Shown: piece by piece, positions 1 to 14,888 of the stretch
Numbering within the stretch: the stretch's first letter is position 1
Layout of the letters: each line of letters opens with the position of its first letter
DNA from: Octopus vulgaris
Lineage: Eukaryota
Length of the DNA stretch: 64,000 bases
Direction: 5' to 3'
NCBI GenBank assembly: GCA_951406725.2
Contig: OX597817.1
Coordinates: 28,148,001-28,212,000, forward strand
Notes under the pieces: model-generated
Seen by the model: the letters and a program-made list of their open reading frames with translations, nothing else
Told to the model about the DNA's origin: nothing
Databases searched by the model: none
Made by a program: the position numbers and the translations under genes

Positions 1-35
1 TCAAGAAGAACTTAAATCAAGCTCAAAGAAAAACC

Positions 36-172
36 ATACACACATACACACATACACACATACCTGCATTCATGCATACATGCATACATACATACGTACA
101 TACATACATACATACATACATACATACATACATACATACATACATACATACATACATACATACATACATACG
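36..172. repeat. (CATA)n/(CA)n microsatellite
   Basis: Tandem CATA units seen directly; they explain the 'MYVC' ORF. Confidence 0.95.
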
Positions 173-860
173 TATTGGTTTCTTCTGGCATAGCACTGGT
201 CCACATTCTGTAGATGTTAGTCGTTGATCGAGTCAACCTATCTCATTCTTAATACTTTTAACAGACAACAGAAGGACGAAATACAAAGCCGTTCCCATCA
301 AAATTTGCAATTAGAATTTAAATTAGGCAGACATTAAATGCGAAAAAAAGATGTTTATGTTTTAATGCAAGACCCTAGCCACGTCTTTACAGGAGCCTAA
401 TGAATTCCTTTATTGACTGCAAACCACAGCGTACGTTGGGCTCCCAGACTCGTCCTTCTACTCTTTGGGTGATTGTCTAATGTGCCCAAACCATAAGAAG
501 GGACTGCAAGAGCACGATTGGGGTGAGGGCTAACGGAGGTGAATTCATTTCTTTTAGTAATTGTAAATTGGTCGAAAACTTAGTGGATTGGCTACCAAAA
601 CACGCGAACATGTGGATATACATGCTCACGCATTTACACACAGACACATATATGATTATGCGTGTAAACATACATACATATATATATATAAATATATATA
701 TATATAACTAATGTAGGATAAAATTTTTTTCGGGAAAAATATTTTATCAATGGCCAGCATATCAAAAAATACCTTTTAAAGGTTAAACTATTTATATATA
801 TATATATATACGATAAATACCTCCTAGAAAATCCGGGCAAAGTTGTTTATGTAAGACCAG

Positions 861-1000
861 CAGTCGCTCATGCTTACCAGTTTCCCCTCTCCACGCCACC
901 GATGTTATCCAAGGGAAACGCAAAGGCCGGTACAGCAACTCGTTTCTATACCTGAGCGAACCGGAGCAAGGTGAAATAAAGTGTCTTGCTCCAGAACACA
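861..1000 (-). mobile_element. Fragment of CORE-like SINE (family D)
   Basis: Minus strand TGTGTTCTGGAGCAAGACACTTTATTTCACCTTGCTCC resembles the body of the copy at 14889-15135. Confidence 0.5.
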
Positions 1001-1056
1001 TATTCATATATTGCATATATAGGCACACTACACACACATGTATGTATATATATGAA

Positions 1057-1085
1057 TAGATAGATAGATATATATATATAGAGAG

Positions 1086-1155
<70 letters not shown>

Positions 1156-1210
1156 GCAGGCAGGCAGGCAGGCAGGCAGGCAGACAGACAGACAGACAGA
1201 CAGACAGACA
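1057..1210. repeat. Compound (GATA)n(GGCA)n(GACA)n microsatellite
   Basis: Seen directly. Confidence 0.95.
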
Positions 1211-2079
1211 TATTCATAAATACATATATGTGTGTGAACGTTGTGAGACAGGGACACACAAACAAAAAGCAAAAACAGTTACTAAGTGAAAGGCAAACAG
1301 AAACTGACAGCAACAGACAGCGTAGTAAAAGGAATGAACACTTCTGTAATACGAAGCCATCAGTAAACGAAGAGTCATTCAACTATTTCAACCTACTAAT
1401 CCTCATCAGTTCTGCACACACACACATTTACCCTCATGTGTCAAACAGAAGTCATTAATCTAGTCACCATTTTTTTTTTCTTATTTTCTTACCTCCTTGC
1501 TTGTGTAACTCTCAGCGAGTAAGGAACAGCTATTATCATTGAACCAGAACCATCATCCAGAAGAAAAATTCCATGCTGCAGTAAACATTCATATTATTAT
1601 GGTACTAATTTCTAAAATAATGAATTAAGATACAAATCACCGTTAATTTCTTTCAAAAATACGATATTAAATAAAAGTATATAAAACTTGAAATTTGACA
1701 GTTTTTGTCGATAAGTTACTTGCCTTATATGGCGTTGTTCAAGTTATCAAGAAGTATACATCCAGTGTTGCGGCTATTACTTTTGTTCCCGTTGTTTAAT
1801 ATTATCATTGTTATTGTAATTGGCAGTATTTTGTCCATACTAAATGATCAAGTTTTAGGCAGATGTGACATCGACCTAATAATGGACACTGGGACCTAAC
1901 CCTACAATTGTAACTAGGAGAATTAGTACTATTAATAAGAATATTACTGATATTCATAGTATTATTATTATTAATAATATTATCACTATTATTATGAATC
2001 CTACTACGACTATCGAATGTGTTATGTTCATGTTTGCTATTACTTAACCTTCCTTCAACTGCAGTATCATGCAAATCTT

Positions 2080-2400
2080 GGGTGGCACCTTGGGAAAGTG
2101 TCTTCTACTATAGCCTCGGGCTAACCAAAGCCTTGTGAGTGGATTTGTTAGACGGAAACTGAAAGACGCCTGTCCTTTATATGTGTGTGGGAGGGGATCT
2201 GTGTGCGTGTTTGTCCCCTCCCAACATCATCTGACAACCGATGGTGGTGTATTTACGTCCCTGTAACTTAGCTGTTCGGCCAAAAAAAAAACGATAGAAT
2301 AAATACTAGGCTTACAAAGAACAAGTCCTGGGGTAGATTTGCTCCACTAAAGGCGGTGCTCCAGCAAAGCCGCAGTTAAATGACAGACACAAGTAAAAGA
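2080..2400 (+). mobile_element. 5'-truncated tRNA-derived SINE, family A
   Basis: Matches the family A body (GGCACCTTGGG..GTGTCTTCTACTATAGCC ... GGCGGTGCTCCAGC). Confidence 0.85.
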
Positions 2401-3018
2401 ATAAAATAATATATTATTCTTCAAGAAGGACAGTATTGACATATTTCGATACTGGCGCCAGGTAAGCCATCATCAGATTGTCATGCATTTGAGTTAATCT
2501 TGTCTTTATACAGTTACTCTAGAATTCTGTTGAATGACAATTTAGTTGCAGGGAAGGTAGTGATGGGGAAATGTCAGGGAGAAATTTTTAGTAATTAGAT
2601 TTGATTTATTGATCAGATATTGTTCAGAATATATTCATGCTTATAGAACTTTGTAAACATGTATGTTTAGGTGTGTCTAGGCTTGTGGCCATGGGGTTGT
2701 TTTTTAGGGGATTGCAAACGAAGACAGGTAGGCAGAAGTCTTTTGGTCAGTGGATGTGAAACTAGTTTTAGTTATTGATTTTACTGGATTTAATGCTTTA
2801 CTTTGTGAATGTAAATCTCCAAGTTCAAAGTTTGGTCCACTATCTAAAACTTTGTAATTCGGAATGATGCTTTTTTTTTCGTATTTGAATTTTTAAGGGT
2901 TCACAGTAAAATGTTAGCAGGTAATATGTTTAAGTTGGTCGTAAGGTCTTGTACTTGTTGGTGTTATTATAGAATATTTTCACTAACCATAATCTGACAC
3001 ATCTAAATATTCATACCT

Positions 3019-3251
3019 ATTTCTTTACTACCCACAAGGGGCTAAACACAGAGGGGACAAACAAGGACAGACATAGGTATTAAGTCGATTACACCGACCC
3101 CAGTGCGTAACTGGTACTTAATTAATCGACCCCGAAAGGATGAAAGGAAAAGTCGACCTCGGCGGAATTTGAACTCAGGACGTAACAGCAGATGAAATAC
3201 GGCTACGCAATTCGTCCGACGTGCTAACCTTTCTGCCAGCTCGCCGCCTTT
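3019..3251 (-). mobile_element. SINE family B, full copy with 9-bp TSD
   Basis: Head GGCGGCGAGCTGGCAGAA, B-box-like GAGTTCAAATTCC, central CCTTTCATCCTTTCGGGGTCGAT. TSD TTCATACCT at 3010-3018 and 3252-3260. Confidence 0.9.
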
Positions 3252-3588
3252 TTCATACCTGTTTACAAATGTCTACGTGCATGAATAAATTCTAAACAAT
3301 AGCATGACCCAAATTTAATGTATAAAAATTTATTTATAACACTTTCCATCTCAACATATTCTACAATCTAATTACCATTCAACACATATATACGTATATA
3401 TACATATATTTGTATATATATATGCGCGCGTGTTTGTGTTTGCCCAGAATCTCGCATTATTTTATCGTGATCTTACATAATTTTATTGTAATTTAATCCA
3501 CGATGAGAGGGGCACCAAGGTTCCGTGTGGTAGGCATGATAATTGTTAAGGGCTTTCGCACCTACATGAAACCAATGGCTGCTTTAAT

Positions 3589-3957
<369 letters not shown>

Positions 3958-4728
3958 ATATATATATATACGTGTGTGTGCGTTTGTGTGTGTGTGTGCG
4001 TTTGTGTGTGTGTGTGTGTGTGTTTGTGTGTATGCAATTCAGCAGAGAAACAGAAGGGTCAGGAAAGTGAGAGTTAATAGTAATTCTTCATAGAGGATTA
4101 GATACTCGGAAAGGTCATATTCCAATAGTACAAATAAAGTGACGAGAATCCGACTAGTCCTTTCTAATGGCTTGCCATGGATAAGTAGGTAAATATCCGA
4201 AGAATTTATGCTAGAACGTCACAAATAAGAGAGTGGAGAATACGAGTAATCCTTTACAGCTGTTTCTGAGGTGTGGTGCTCAATAATAACAATATTAAAC
4301 ACTTTGTGGACATATACATGAAGTAGATTGATATCAGCGATCGTATATGAAATAATTTTCAAATCCCGTATTGGACATATTTTTAAATAACTATAGGTGA
4401 GTGCTTCAATAGCTTACATCTGTGCATAAAGGCATATATATTTGTGTGTGTGTGTGTATGTGTACGTGTGTGTGTCTGTGTGTGTATGTATGCATGCATG
4501 CATATAAAAGCTTTCCACTGTGTTTCTAAAAGAGAGTTCTTTTCATTCAGACTTATTGTGATAACCAGAAAAATTAACAAAATTTTAAGTATCAATATAC
4601 TTTTGACACACATGCAAATATACGAGTGCGCATGTGTGCGTGCGAATGCCTATATTCAAATGAATAAATAAATATGAGTGTGTATCTGTGTGTGTGTGTG
4701 TGTGAGAGAGTGATTCATGTATAGTCAT

Positions 4729-4982
<254 letters not shown>

Positions 4983-6323
4983 ACGCACTCATATGCTGAT
5001 ACAATTTTACAATGATCAATTTCCTGCTTTCTGTGTCCTGACACTGTTTGTAGATTAAAAAAAAAGAGTAAAACAGAATAGTTGAGTTGTTATATACACG
5101 CACTCTCACTCACACAGTTGTTAACTCTTATATAGATTTTCAATGGAGACAGAAGCAAATCATAGGAGTAAATCTGTCTCCTAATAACTATCAGTCCTTT
5201 GATTATTTCAATTAGCATGCTCCCTTGTAACATAGTAGACCAATCCTGCCAGTTTGCTTTAAGGCTTCATATTTCATGAGCTCTCTATTACATTCATAAT
5301 TACTCATAAATTACCCATAAAATAATAACTATATGAATGAAATACAGCGGAAATTCGTCTTGTGTCTGAAGTCGTTTTACTAATTTCATTCTCCGCTCTG
5401 AAGAATTTTTTTTCCCCTTTTTTTTTCGTTTGCTTTTTAATTGCGAACAAAGTAAGTCATCTGTCTATAATGACATTTCAATGATACCCTGTCGTAATTA
5501 ATTTGCTCTATGCTCTAAAGTATATTAGCAGGAAAGTCTTGTATGGCGTAAACATACTCTGTTGTTGTTGTTGCTGCTGGTGTTGTTGTTGTTTTTGTTG
5601 CTGCTGTTAATGTTTTTGCTATTGCTACTGCTGCTATTGTATGAGGTTCTCCGGCAAGGGAACACAAAGCCAGTAGGATCTTGGTTTTTAAACATATCCG
5701 AAAGTGATGTATGACGCTCACACGAGCGTTGATATTTGGAAATAAATTACTGGTGATCCGTAACGCTAGAGATTAAACCATGCAAGACTTTAAATGACAA
5801 GAGAAAAGGCTGATGTTTACTGATGAAGGGAGGCAAAATGGAGGGGGCGAAATGCATCAGGACAAGACCGGCAGATAGAATCATGAAAAGTAATAGATTC
5901 GGGATTGTCACACGTGTGGATGTCTATATACGCAGTGCTCTGCCAATAAGACCTAAGCCAAACTTTACAGGCAAATAGCCATAGTCAAGTCAGAATAAAA
6001 AATGTCCTCAAATAAGCTCAGGCACAAAGGCAGCAAGTTCAAATGGAGAAGGTTAGTCGATTGAAATTGACCTTTCCTCTTGATTGTTATTTAATTTTCA
6101 GAAGGATGTAAGACAAAGTTAACTTAGGTGGGATTCGAAATCAGAATGTACAGAGCCTAAAGAAATACTGCAAGGCATTTTCCGACGGTGTAACAATTTC
6201 GCCAAACCACCACCTGAACAAGAACAACAACAGCAAGAATTATTTCTTTACTTGTGATCATGTTAGGGCTCTGTTTTTGTCGAAGAGCTATTATTTCGTC
6301 CGCGATTGATCCGGTTATCAACT

Positions 6324-6711
6324 GGGGGAAGCACTCCGTCGGTTACGACGACGAGGGTTCCGGTTGATCCGAATCAACGGAACAGCCTGCTCGTGAAATT
6401 AACGTGTAAGTGACTGAGCACTCCACAGACACGTGTACCCTTAACGTAGTTCTCGGGGATATTCAGCGTGACACAGAGAGTGACAAGGCCGGCCCTTTGA
6501 AATACAGGTACAACAGAAACAGGAAGTAAGAGTGAGAGAAAGTTGTGGTGAAAGAGTACAGCAGGGATCACCACCATCCCCTGCCGGAGCCTCGTGGAGC
6601 TTTAGGTGTTTTCGCTCAATAAACACTCACAACGCCCGGTCTGGGAATCGAAACCGCGATCCTATGACCGCGAGTCTGCTGCCCTAACCACTGGGCCATT
6701 GCGCCTCCACA
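6324..6711 (-). mobile_element. tRNA-derived SINE family C, full copy with 11-bp TSD
   Basis: tRNA-like head (A box TGGCCCAGTGG, B box GGTTTCGATTCCC). Near-identical to 14352-14733. TSD GGTTATCAACT at 6313-6323 and 6712-6722. Confidence 0.92.
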
Positions 6712-7874
6712 GGTTATCAACTAATTACATCGTAACAGTTGAACCTTAGACTTCCTTTAACAGAGAAAGTGGGTAATATTTATTTTTATCTTATGACTTT
6801 AACGAACGGACTTAGTCGTAGACAAAGCTGAAATTTTTGAGGTCAAGTGAAGTACTGATCAACTTCTCCAATTGCTAATTGAGGAGTAACTTTAGGCTGG
6901 AGAGGAAGTTAATGACCTCCAGTAAATTTGATGATGGATAAGTAGGAGAGATGAAATTGGTGTGCTTAAAAGAGCTTGTTCTAGCTGAGGCTGTAGGCTG
7001 CCGGCAAGAGCAATGTGCTAACCTTTGGTGTATCAAGGTTATCCAGTACTGAGAGGTAGTATTCCCGTATTCACCGATGTGATTGCCACACCTTTTGAAA
7101 ATCTTTATTTTCTGTCAGTCTTTATCACTAATAATATCTGTTGATATTTCTTTATAATTGTTGTTCTTTATAGAGACTGGATTCTGTTTTTCACTCCTCA
7201 TATTCTTGTTATCGTTAATTCCAGATCTTCATGCATAGATATTTCCTCCACTTCTTTTGCAGAAACTGCCGCATCCATAAGCCAGGCATTCCGTAATAAC
7301 TGACTGTATCCGAATCACTTCAGGGTGCTTTTTGTTACCAATTTACACCTCACTGGGGTTACATCTCCTTCCCTCTATAGTTAGAAATATTTTTAGACAC
7401 TATACTCTCTCGCCATTTTAGAAATAGCAGCCAACTTTCAAATCACTCCCTATCAGCTTAAAACATGAAAGACTCATTCAATGCTGTAAAATTTTAAAAG
7501 CAGTCAGATAAAGATGGGTTGGTCATAGTTAGAGTGTCTTTCATCATGGGTCTTCTTGATCAGGCCTATTTACTGGTTAAACTTCAACAACAACAACATT
7601 TAACCTCTCCCATTTTTCATTCTTTTTCATAAGTCATTAGTTCTGCATTGCGTTTAATTTCCTCGAGATAACGTCTAAGGCAACTAAACAACACAGCTGG
7701 ATTCCACAAATGGACGAGACTGATTTAACCCGATGTAATGAAACAATTAATGAACGGATATGGTTTTTTAATACAGAATATTATTTAGTAGTGCATCTTT
7801 ATTAAAGGAGTGTGGTGTGTGGCTGTAGAGATGGAACGATATTCAGTTGCGTTTATTTAGAACCTAACTCTTTG

Positions 7875-8076
7875 CTTTACTTACTTGTTTCAGTCATTTG
7901 ATTGCAGCCATGCTCAAGCACCGCATTTAGTCGAGCAAATCGACCCCAGCACTTATTTTTTGTAAGCCCAGTACTTATTCTATCGGTCTCTTTGGCCGAA
8001 CCGCTAAGTCACGGGGACATAAACACACTAGCATCGGTTATCAAGCAATGCTAGGAGGACAAACACAGACACACAA

Positions 8077-8111
<35 letters not shown>

Positions 8112-8280
8112 CATATGTACTACGGGCTTTGAGTTTCCGTCTACCAAATCCACTCACAAGGCTTTGGTCGGACCGAGGCTATAGTGGAAGACACTTGTCC
8201 AAAATTCCACGCAGTGGGACTGAACCCGAAGCCATGTGGTTGGTAAGCAAGCTACTTACCACACAGCCACTCCTGCGCCT
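7875..8280 (-). mobile_element. SINE family A
   Basis: Head AGGCGCAGGAGTGGCTGTGTGG, B box GGTTCAGTCCC, internal (TA)/(TG) microsatellite. Confidence 0.9.
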
Positions 8281-8679
8281 AAGTTCAAATTCTTTTGAAA
8301 ATTACTTTGCTTCTCATCCTTTCGGATTCGGTGAAAAAAGTAGGAACTGAATACTTGGGGTTGATATGATCAAGTAAATACCACCCTCAATATGTGTGCC
8401 TTTGCGTCTAAATCAGAAATTGTGAATGAATTCGTTCAGAAACCCTATATGTTGTCTCTGAGTTCGTAATTAGAAATAGCAGGCAATCTCCCTCAACTCA
8501 GACCCAAGCGTCTTGAAAATTGAATGACAAGTTAAATAACGTAATCCTAAATACAATATGGCGGCGAAAAAGACGAGGTGGTTATAACTTGAACGTTTTT
8601 AATGATAAACCTCATTAGTGCTAACTTACGTCTATAAAACAACAATGTAAAATCTTTAAAGAACAACAAAGCCACTTAC

Positions 8680-8782
8680 ATTTTCTCCGATTCTACCACA
8701 CTAAGTACTTATTCCTTTCTCAAATTAAGTGTAAATGTCTATTTGATATCGACTGAACTTTTCAACTTCTATAACACGTCGT
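8680..8782 (-). other. Candidate 103-nt exon (non-coding or terminal)
   Basis: Acceptor ...ATTGTATTTTGCAG| and donor |GTAAGT in unique sequence. All three frames contain stops. Confidence 0.25.
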
Positions 8783-9866
8783 CTGCAAAATACAATGTGG
8801 TAAAATCGTTAAAGCAGTCGCTTGGCAAGCGATACATACGGTGTTCGAGTATCGTCAATGGCTTTATTGGACTTTTTGATCTCAAATAAATTAGTGATTA
8901 CAATTGTATAAAGTGTATTATTGTTTATAAGCTTATGTCTGTTTGTGAGTGTACAAGTGCATGTATGTGAGTATATACATTTATATATGCCTGTTTATGA
9001 ATACTGTGTGCATAGAAATATATATAAGTATACGTATATATGTATGAGGGGAGGCGAACCCTCACACGTATGAATATAAGTACGTATAAACAGATGTACA
9101 AATACAGACAAACTCATAATACAGATATGTAAAATCAGTGAGAGACTGTATATGTGTAAATATATGTGCGTGTGTAAATGTGTATATATATATATAGGTG
9201 TATGTATGTATGTATGTATCTATGTATGCAGATCTACAGTTTTATATCATTTCTCTGCTAGAAGATCGATGAGAGGAGAATAATGGACAATGGAAATTTA
9301 TATTCAATACAAATATATTTACTGAAACTTCTAATTTAGCAATTTGCAAATCAATATATTGATAAATATGTCTTCTTTATCCTATTTTGCTTCTAATCGA
9401 TTAATCGATCCAAATTCATGAGTAAAATTATAGATAATTTAATCTATCTGACTCTAGTACAGTTTGTAGAACTTCCCTCTATCTGTCAATCGAAATGTTT
9501 GCTTATTGAATAATTCCAAAAGACTTAATATTTTTAAGAGAAGAATAGATAGAAATGAACTTAGATAGCGAGCAAGATGAAGGCAGGTAGATCGTAAAAG
9601 GGAGTGCAACGAGCGAGGTAAATACTTTTATAAATAGATATGAGATTCAAATAAAGATTAGAGAGAAATAAAAGGAAAAAAAAATTGTCTTAGGACATAT
9701 GAAAATAAATGCATGTGTCTCTTTTAATCTATCTAGCCATTGATCGACCTATATATATGTGTGTGTGTGTTTGTGTGTGTGTGTGTATGTATGTATGTAT
9801 ATATATACATATATATATATATACATATATGTCTGTGTCTGTGTGTGTTAATATATAGATGTAAAG

Positions 9867-9902
<36 letters not shown>

Positions 9903-11314
9903 CAGCAGCAGCAGCAGCTATATGAACTGTGTTACCGAAGCAGCGATATATTTTGACAGTTCACTAATACGTCGGATCGAAACACCAAAATCGTATTTTC
10001 CCTTAGTAACTTTTGGAGGATTTTCCACACTTTTAAAAGTACGCGTATACACATACATACACATATTCAAATATGCATTTATATATATATATGTACATGC
10101 CTATAAACAAATACACACACATTCATATATATATATATATATCACCTTATCCTTGAACTCTAAATAAGAGTTACAATTGGGCGAGAACTGAAATTGTATT
10201 TGACGTGTGTGTCTAAGTAGAAAAGAATCTATCGCTTCTATAAGTCGGTTCTTAACTAGTTCAATTGCTGCTAGTTGAGGGACGTTGTGAGTTCACAAGG
10301 GGGCGCTATTGTGATGGGGAACTAGCTGTTTTAAGCGGTCTTGTTATTTTCTTGAAAATATATTTAAAACCAGCTATAATACTTATATTTTAAACACAAT
10401 GTTATTTAAATCATTGTTGGGATTAAATTATGAACCGGATATTGTGTTATCAGTGACCTGTCACTGTCTGATATAATTTCGTTCTCTAAGTCTTAAACTT
10501 ATTTAGTAGTCTGCATACGGATTTGACACAGAGAGCATTTGTTCTTTCAAATACCACAAAAGCGTTACATGCTGGAGCAGTATAAGAAAACATGTATAAC
10601 AAGAGCACTCAGAGAGCGCAAACCTCCGCAAATGTTTCTTTATTTTGGCATTACGGCCACAACGCAGAGGGACACTACAAAGACAGACACAACACCCTAG
10701 TGGGGACAAAAACATAAAACGAATGAAAATGAGATGTCATATGAGAAATGAAATGGTTGCATGGGCCCTATTCCCATGCAGTATCATTTGAACGGTTATA
10801 TAAACTATTTACAATCGTGGCGGCGAGCTGGCTGTTTTGTTCGTGTTGTTGTAGTTGTTTTGCAAAATATGAATAGAGGTGATTGTAAATCGGTATTCGG
10901 TGAAGGAAGCGCTGAGATACGAACGGAGAACCACGTCTGTGTATCATATTTGCAATGAGCACTTACAAGTAACTTTCATTAACAAAATATATAATTAAAT
11001 ATATTTTTTGTTAAGGATATGTTTCTGCATTCACATGATTTGGTTATGTAATGTGGTACAAACCTTTTTTTTTATTATTTCACTATTACGAAAAAGTCTT
11101 AACAGTAAAAATGAATTTTGTTCTTGATTTCGGTTTTCAGATACTTTGAAGAATATAGGGTTGATATCTATTTTGAGTGCTTACTCCTGTGTATTTAATT
11201 CGTTTGACCAATCAAGTTGTTTAGTACTATATGAGTTCTGACTGAGAAGATTTATGATCAAAGGTGTCCCAACCATGATCATCCAGAATATATTTTTCAG
11301 GTATAGGAAAATAT

Positions 11315-11745
11315 AGGCGTAGGAGTGACTGTGTGGTAAGTAGCTTGCTTACAAATTACATGGTTCCAGGTTCAGTCCCACTGCGTGACACCTTGGGCAA
11401 GTGCCCTCCACAATAGCCACGGGCCGACCAAAGCATTGTGCGTGGATTTGGTAGACGGAAACTGAAAGAAGCCCGTCGTATATATATATATGTATATATA
11501 TATATATGTATGTATTATGTATGTATGTGTATGTATATGTTTGTGTGTCTGTGTTTGTCCCCCCAACATCGCTTGACAACCGATGCTGGTGTGTTTACGT
11601 CCCCGTAACCTAGCAGTTCGGCAAAAGTGACCGATAGAATAAGTACTAGGCTTACAAAGAATAAGTCCTGGGGTCGATTTGCTCGACTAATGGCGGTGCT
11701 CCAGCATGGCCACAGTCAAATGACTGAAACAAGTAAAAGAGTAAA
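11315..11745 (+). mobile_element. SINE family A
   Basis: Full head, body, internal microsatellite and GTAAAAGAG tail. Confidence 0.92.
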
Positions 11746-11964
11746 AGGCCATACTGTATCTACGATTGTATTATCCAATTTGTCTTTCCACTTTTAAAAT
11801 AGTAGAGTGTAAACATGAGAAAGATTTCATTCCTATTTCTTAGCAAAAAGACCGAATACTAAGATACATTCCTCTTTTTTTGAAACTAAAACTGCCATTG
11901 ATAAGTCATGTCAGCTGTGATTGAACAAATCTATGATCAACAATTTCTCAGTCGAGACTCTTTA

Positions 11965-12350
11965 ACTCTTTTATTTGTTTCAGTCATTTGACTGTGGCCA
12001 TGCTGGAGCACCGCCTCTAGTCAAGCAAATCGACCCCAGGGCCTATTCTTTGTAAGCCTATTCTATCGATCTCTTTTGCCGAACCACTTAATTACTGGGA
12101 CGTAAACACACCAGCATTGGTTGTCAAGCGATGTTGGGGGGACAAACACAGACACACAAACACACCTATATATATACACATATATATACATATATACGAC
12201 GGGCTTCTTTCAGTCTCCGTCTACCAAATCCACTCACAAGTCTTTGGTCGGCCCGATGCTATAGTAGAAGACACTTGCCCAAGGTGCCACGCAGTGGGAC
12301 TAAACCCGGAACCATGTGATTCGTAAGCAAGCTAGTTACCACACAGCCAC
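11965..12350 (-). mobile_element. SINE family A
   Basis: Matches the family consensus. Confidence 0.9.
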
Positions 12351-12388
12351 ATAAGTTGTTTTTTTTTAAGTGATGATAAGTGAGCTTT

Positions 12389-12704
12389 GATTTCTTTATT
12401 ACCCACAAGGGGCGACGCAGATGGGACATTACAAAACATTGGGGACATAGAACATTATAATTAATAATTTGGAAAATGAAATTTTAAATGAAAAAATGGT
12501 AATATGAAAGCGATGCTAACGGCCCCATCCGCTAGCATCACTTACCTGTCCTTCGTACCCTATCATCCATTGTTCTCCCCAATTTCAATACACATATTCT
12601 CCAAGTCCATCGCATATCTTTCTTTAAACTCATTCTTAAATTTCTCCCCAACTTCCCTCTCCTCCACTTTCACATTTCTATTTTCACACCTCACTAACAG
12701 TTCA
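12389..12704 (-). mobile_element. 5'-truncated LINE-like insertion with 16-bp TSD
   Basis: TSD ATGATAAGTGAGCTTT at 12373-12388 and 12705-12720. Purine-rich ORF remnant on the minus strand. The 3' end CCCCTTGTGGGTAATAAAGAAAT is shared with the SINE B tail. Confidence 0.7.
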
Positions 12705-13030
12705 ATGATAAGTGAGCTTTTATTCACATACAATAGGATATTATGGCTGTGATTATCTTATCTTTTTCATTGACAATATGCATTTTTTATAGAAGGTTCG
12801 AATGTAATTTGAGGGAGATATTTGAAACCAGACTGCAAAAGTAACGCTACCACTTCTACCGAATTGATACTTACTCGTATGTGGAAATCAACATTAATTT
12901 CCATGTGACGCATCCACCGACCAACATGCTTCTGCCGACCTGTCTTCGTTTGTAATCCCCTAAAAAACAACCCCATGGCCACAAGCCCAGACACACTTAA
13001 ACATACACACCTGTTTACAAATTTACATGT

Positions 13031-13257
13031 AAGGCGGCGACTTGGCAGAATCGTTAACACGCCGGACAAAATGCTTAGCGACATTTCAACCGTCTTTACG
13101 TTCTGAGTTCAAATACCGTCGAAGTTAACTTTGCATTTCATCCTTTCAGGCTTGATAAAATAAGTACTTGTTGAACACTGGGGGTGGGGGGTCGATCTAA
13201 TCGATTTATCCCCTACCTTGAACCTACTGGCCTTGTGCCAAAAGTTGAAACCAATAT
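13031..13257 (+). mobile_element. SINE family B (tail variant 2)
   Basis: Head GGCGGCGACTTGGCAGAATCGTT, central domain, tail GGCCTTGTGCCAAAAGTTGAAACC. Confidence 0.8.
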
Positions 13258-13440
13258 TAATTCGCACGTAAGGCTGGTGGTGAAGTAAACAGAAATGATT
13301 GAAGGTAAGAGTGAATTCCTGACACGATTTGATTTCTTCCCTTTATATTTTGTGTTCGAATGCTGTTGGCATTGTGTTTGCAGTTCATTCTACAATGGCC
13401 AACCGTTTAAATTAATAAATGTGTATTTAGTGCTACTTCA

Positions 13441-13606
13441 GGATCGTTACCCTTTGAGCGGCAGATCAAGAAATTAATTTTTTGTAACTAAACACTTTCA
13501 AACTTCGGACACTGGTAGAATGACACATTATACTAGTGTCCGAAGTTTGAAAGTGTTTAGTTATAAAAAATAAAATTCTCGATCTGCCGTTCAAAAGAAA
13601 AGATCC
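13441..13606. mobile_element. Palindromic MITE, GGATC...GATCC family, 8-bp TSD
   Basis: The whole element is an imperfect inverted repeat. TSD CTACTTCA at 13433-13440 and 13607-13614. Confidence 0.88.
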
Positions 13607-14351
13607 CTACTTCAGTCAAACTTTATATTCTAACGCTATAAAAACAGAATTTTATGCCGGTGTAGGGTAATTCTATTTTAATTTACATTAAGGTGCTGAA
13701 ATAAGCAGAAATAGTTGAAAGCGCGCTAAACTTTTCTCCGTGTCCTCACGTTTCCAGTTTGTCTATGTCCAACAAGGATCGATCCGAATAAGTACCAGTC
13801 ATGTACAAGTGTTGAATAAATAGCTGAACTTCTTCGCACTCTAATTTGTGACTATATAAGAAGAAATCAATATTAATATCTTTACTGATTTCATTGTGCA
13901 TCCGAGAGTCTGTTTAATGTCATGTATATCCGTATTTACAATAACGTTTTATGAAAGACGATAATCAAAGCGAAAAGGAATTCTTTGTAAGCTGTGTAGG
14001 TTTATAACAATAGACTAATGGCTTCTAAATTCTAAATTGTTGTTTCTTTTAGTGCTGTAATTTAATTTTCGAGAAGATAGAAATAATAAAAATAAGTTAC
14101 GACGTTCCTGTCATTTCCAAGGGAATTTGTGACGCAAATCATGTGAACTCTCTTTAATTGGAACTCAGACGCCTTCAACAAGCAACTAAAATTTCGTCCC
14201 AATTTCGAATTTTGGGAAATATCTTATGGTGCTTACCTCTAAATTCTGGGCCAAGGAGTTAAGCACTACGATGTTGTTCAACCTGTTAGAAATGGCAACC
14301 AAATTCTTTTAATTCGTATCCTACCGTCCTAAAATAAGTATACATTGGGCA

Positions 14352-14733
14352 GTGGAGGCGCAATGGCCCAGTGGTTAGGGAAGCGGACTCGCGGTCGTAG
14401 GATCGCGGTTTCGATTCCCAGACCGGGCGTTGTGAGTGTTTATTGAGCGAAAACATCTAAAGCTCCACGAGGCTCCGGCAGAGATGGTGGTGATCCCTGC
14501 TGTACTCTTTCACCACAACTTTCTATCACTCTTACTTCCTGTTTCTGTTGTACCTGTATTTCAAAGGGCCGACCTTGTCACTCTCTGTGTCACGCTGAAT
14601 ATTCCCGAGAACTACGTTAAGGGTACACGTGTCTGTGGAGTGCTCAGCCACTTACACGTTAATTTCACGAGCAGGCTGTTCCGTTGATCGGATCAACCTG
14701 AACCCTCATCGTCGTAACCGACGGAGTGCTTCC
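14352..14733 (+). mobile_element. SINE family C, full copy with 12-bp TSD
   Basis: TSD ATACATTGGGCA at 14340-14351 and 14734-14745; tRNA-like head. Confidence 0.92.
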
Positions 14734-14888
14734 ATACATTGGGCAACGTATGCGAAGACGAGAGTCGCGTCTAGAATAGATCAGAACATAAATCTACTCA
14801 ATTAATGGTGCTAAACAAGTCACTATTAATTCATATTTATTACTATCATTGTTGTTGTAGTTTTTCTTTGTTTTTGTTCAACATTTTA

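Noticed and set aside
5814-5864. CTGATGA ... GC-GAAA-TGC-ATC hammerhead-like string
   Set aside because: Helix II cannot form (purine-rich insert) and helix I starts with an A-A mismatch; at best a decayed relic.
14352-14430. tRNA gene
   Set aside because: A and B boxes are present but the anticodon and acceptor stems do not close, and it continues into a SINE body with a TSD.
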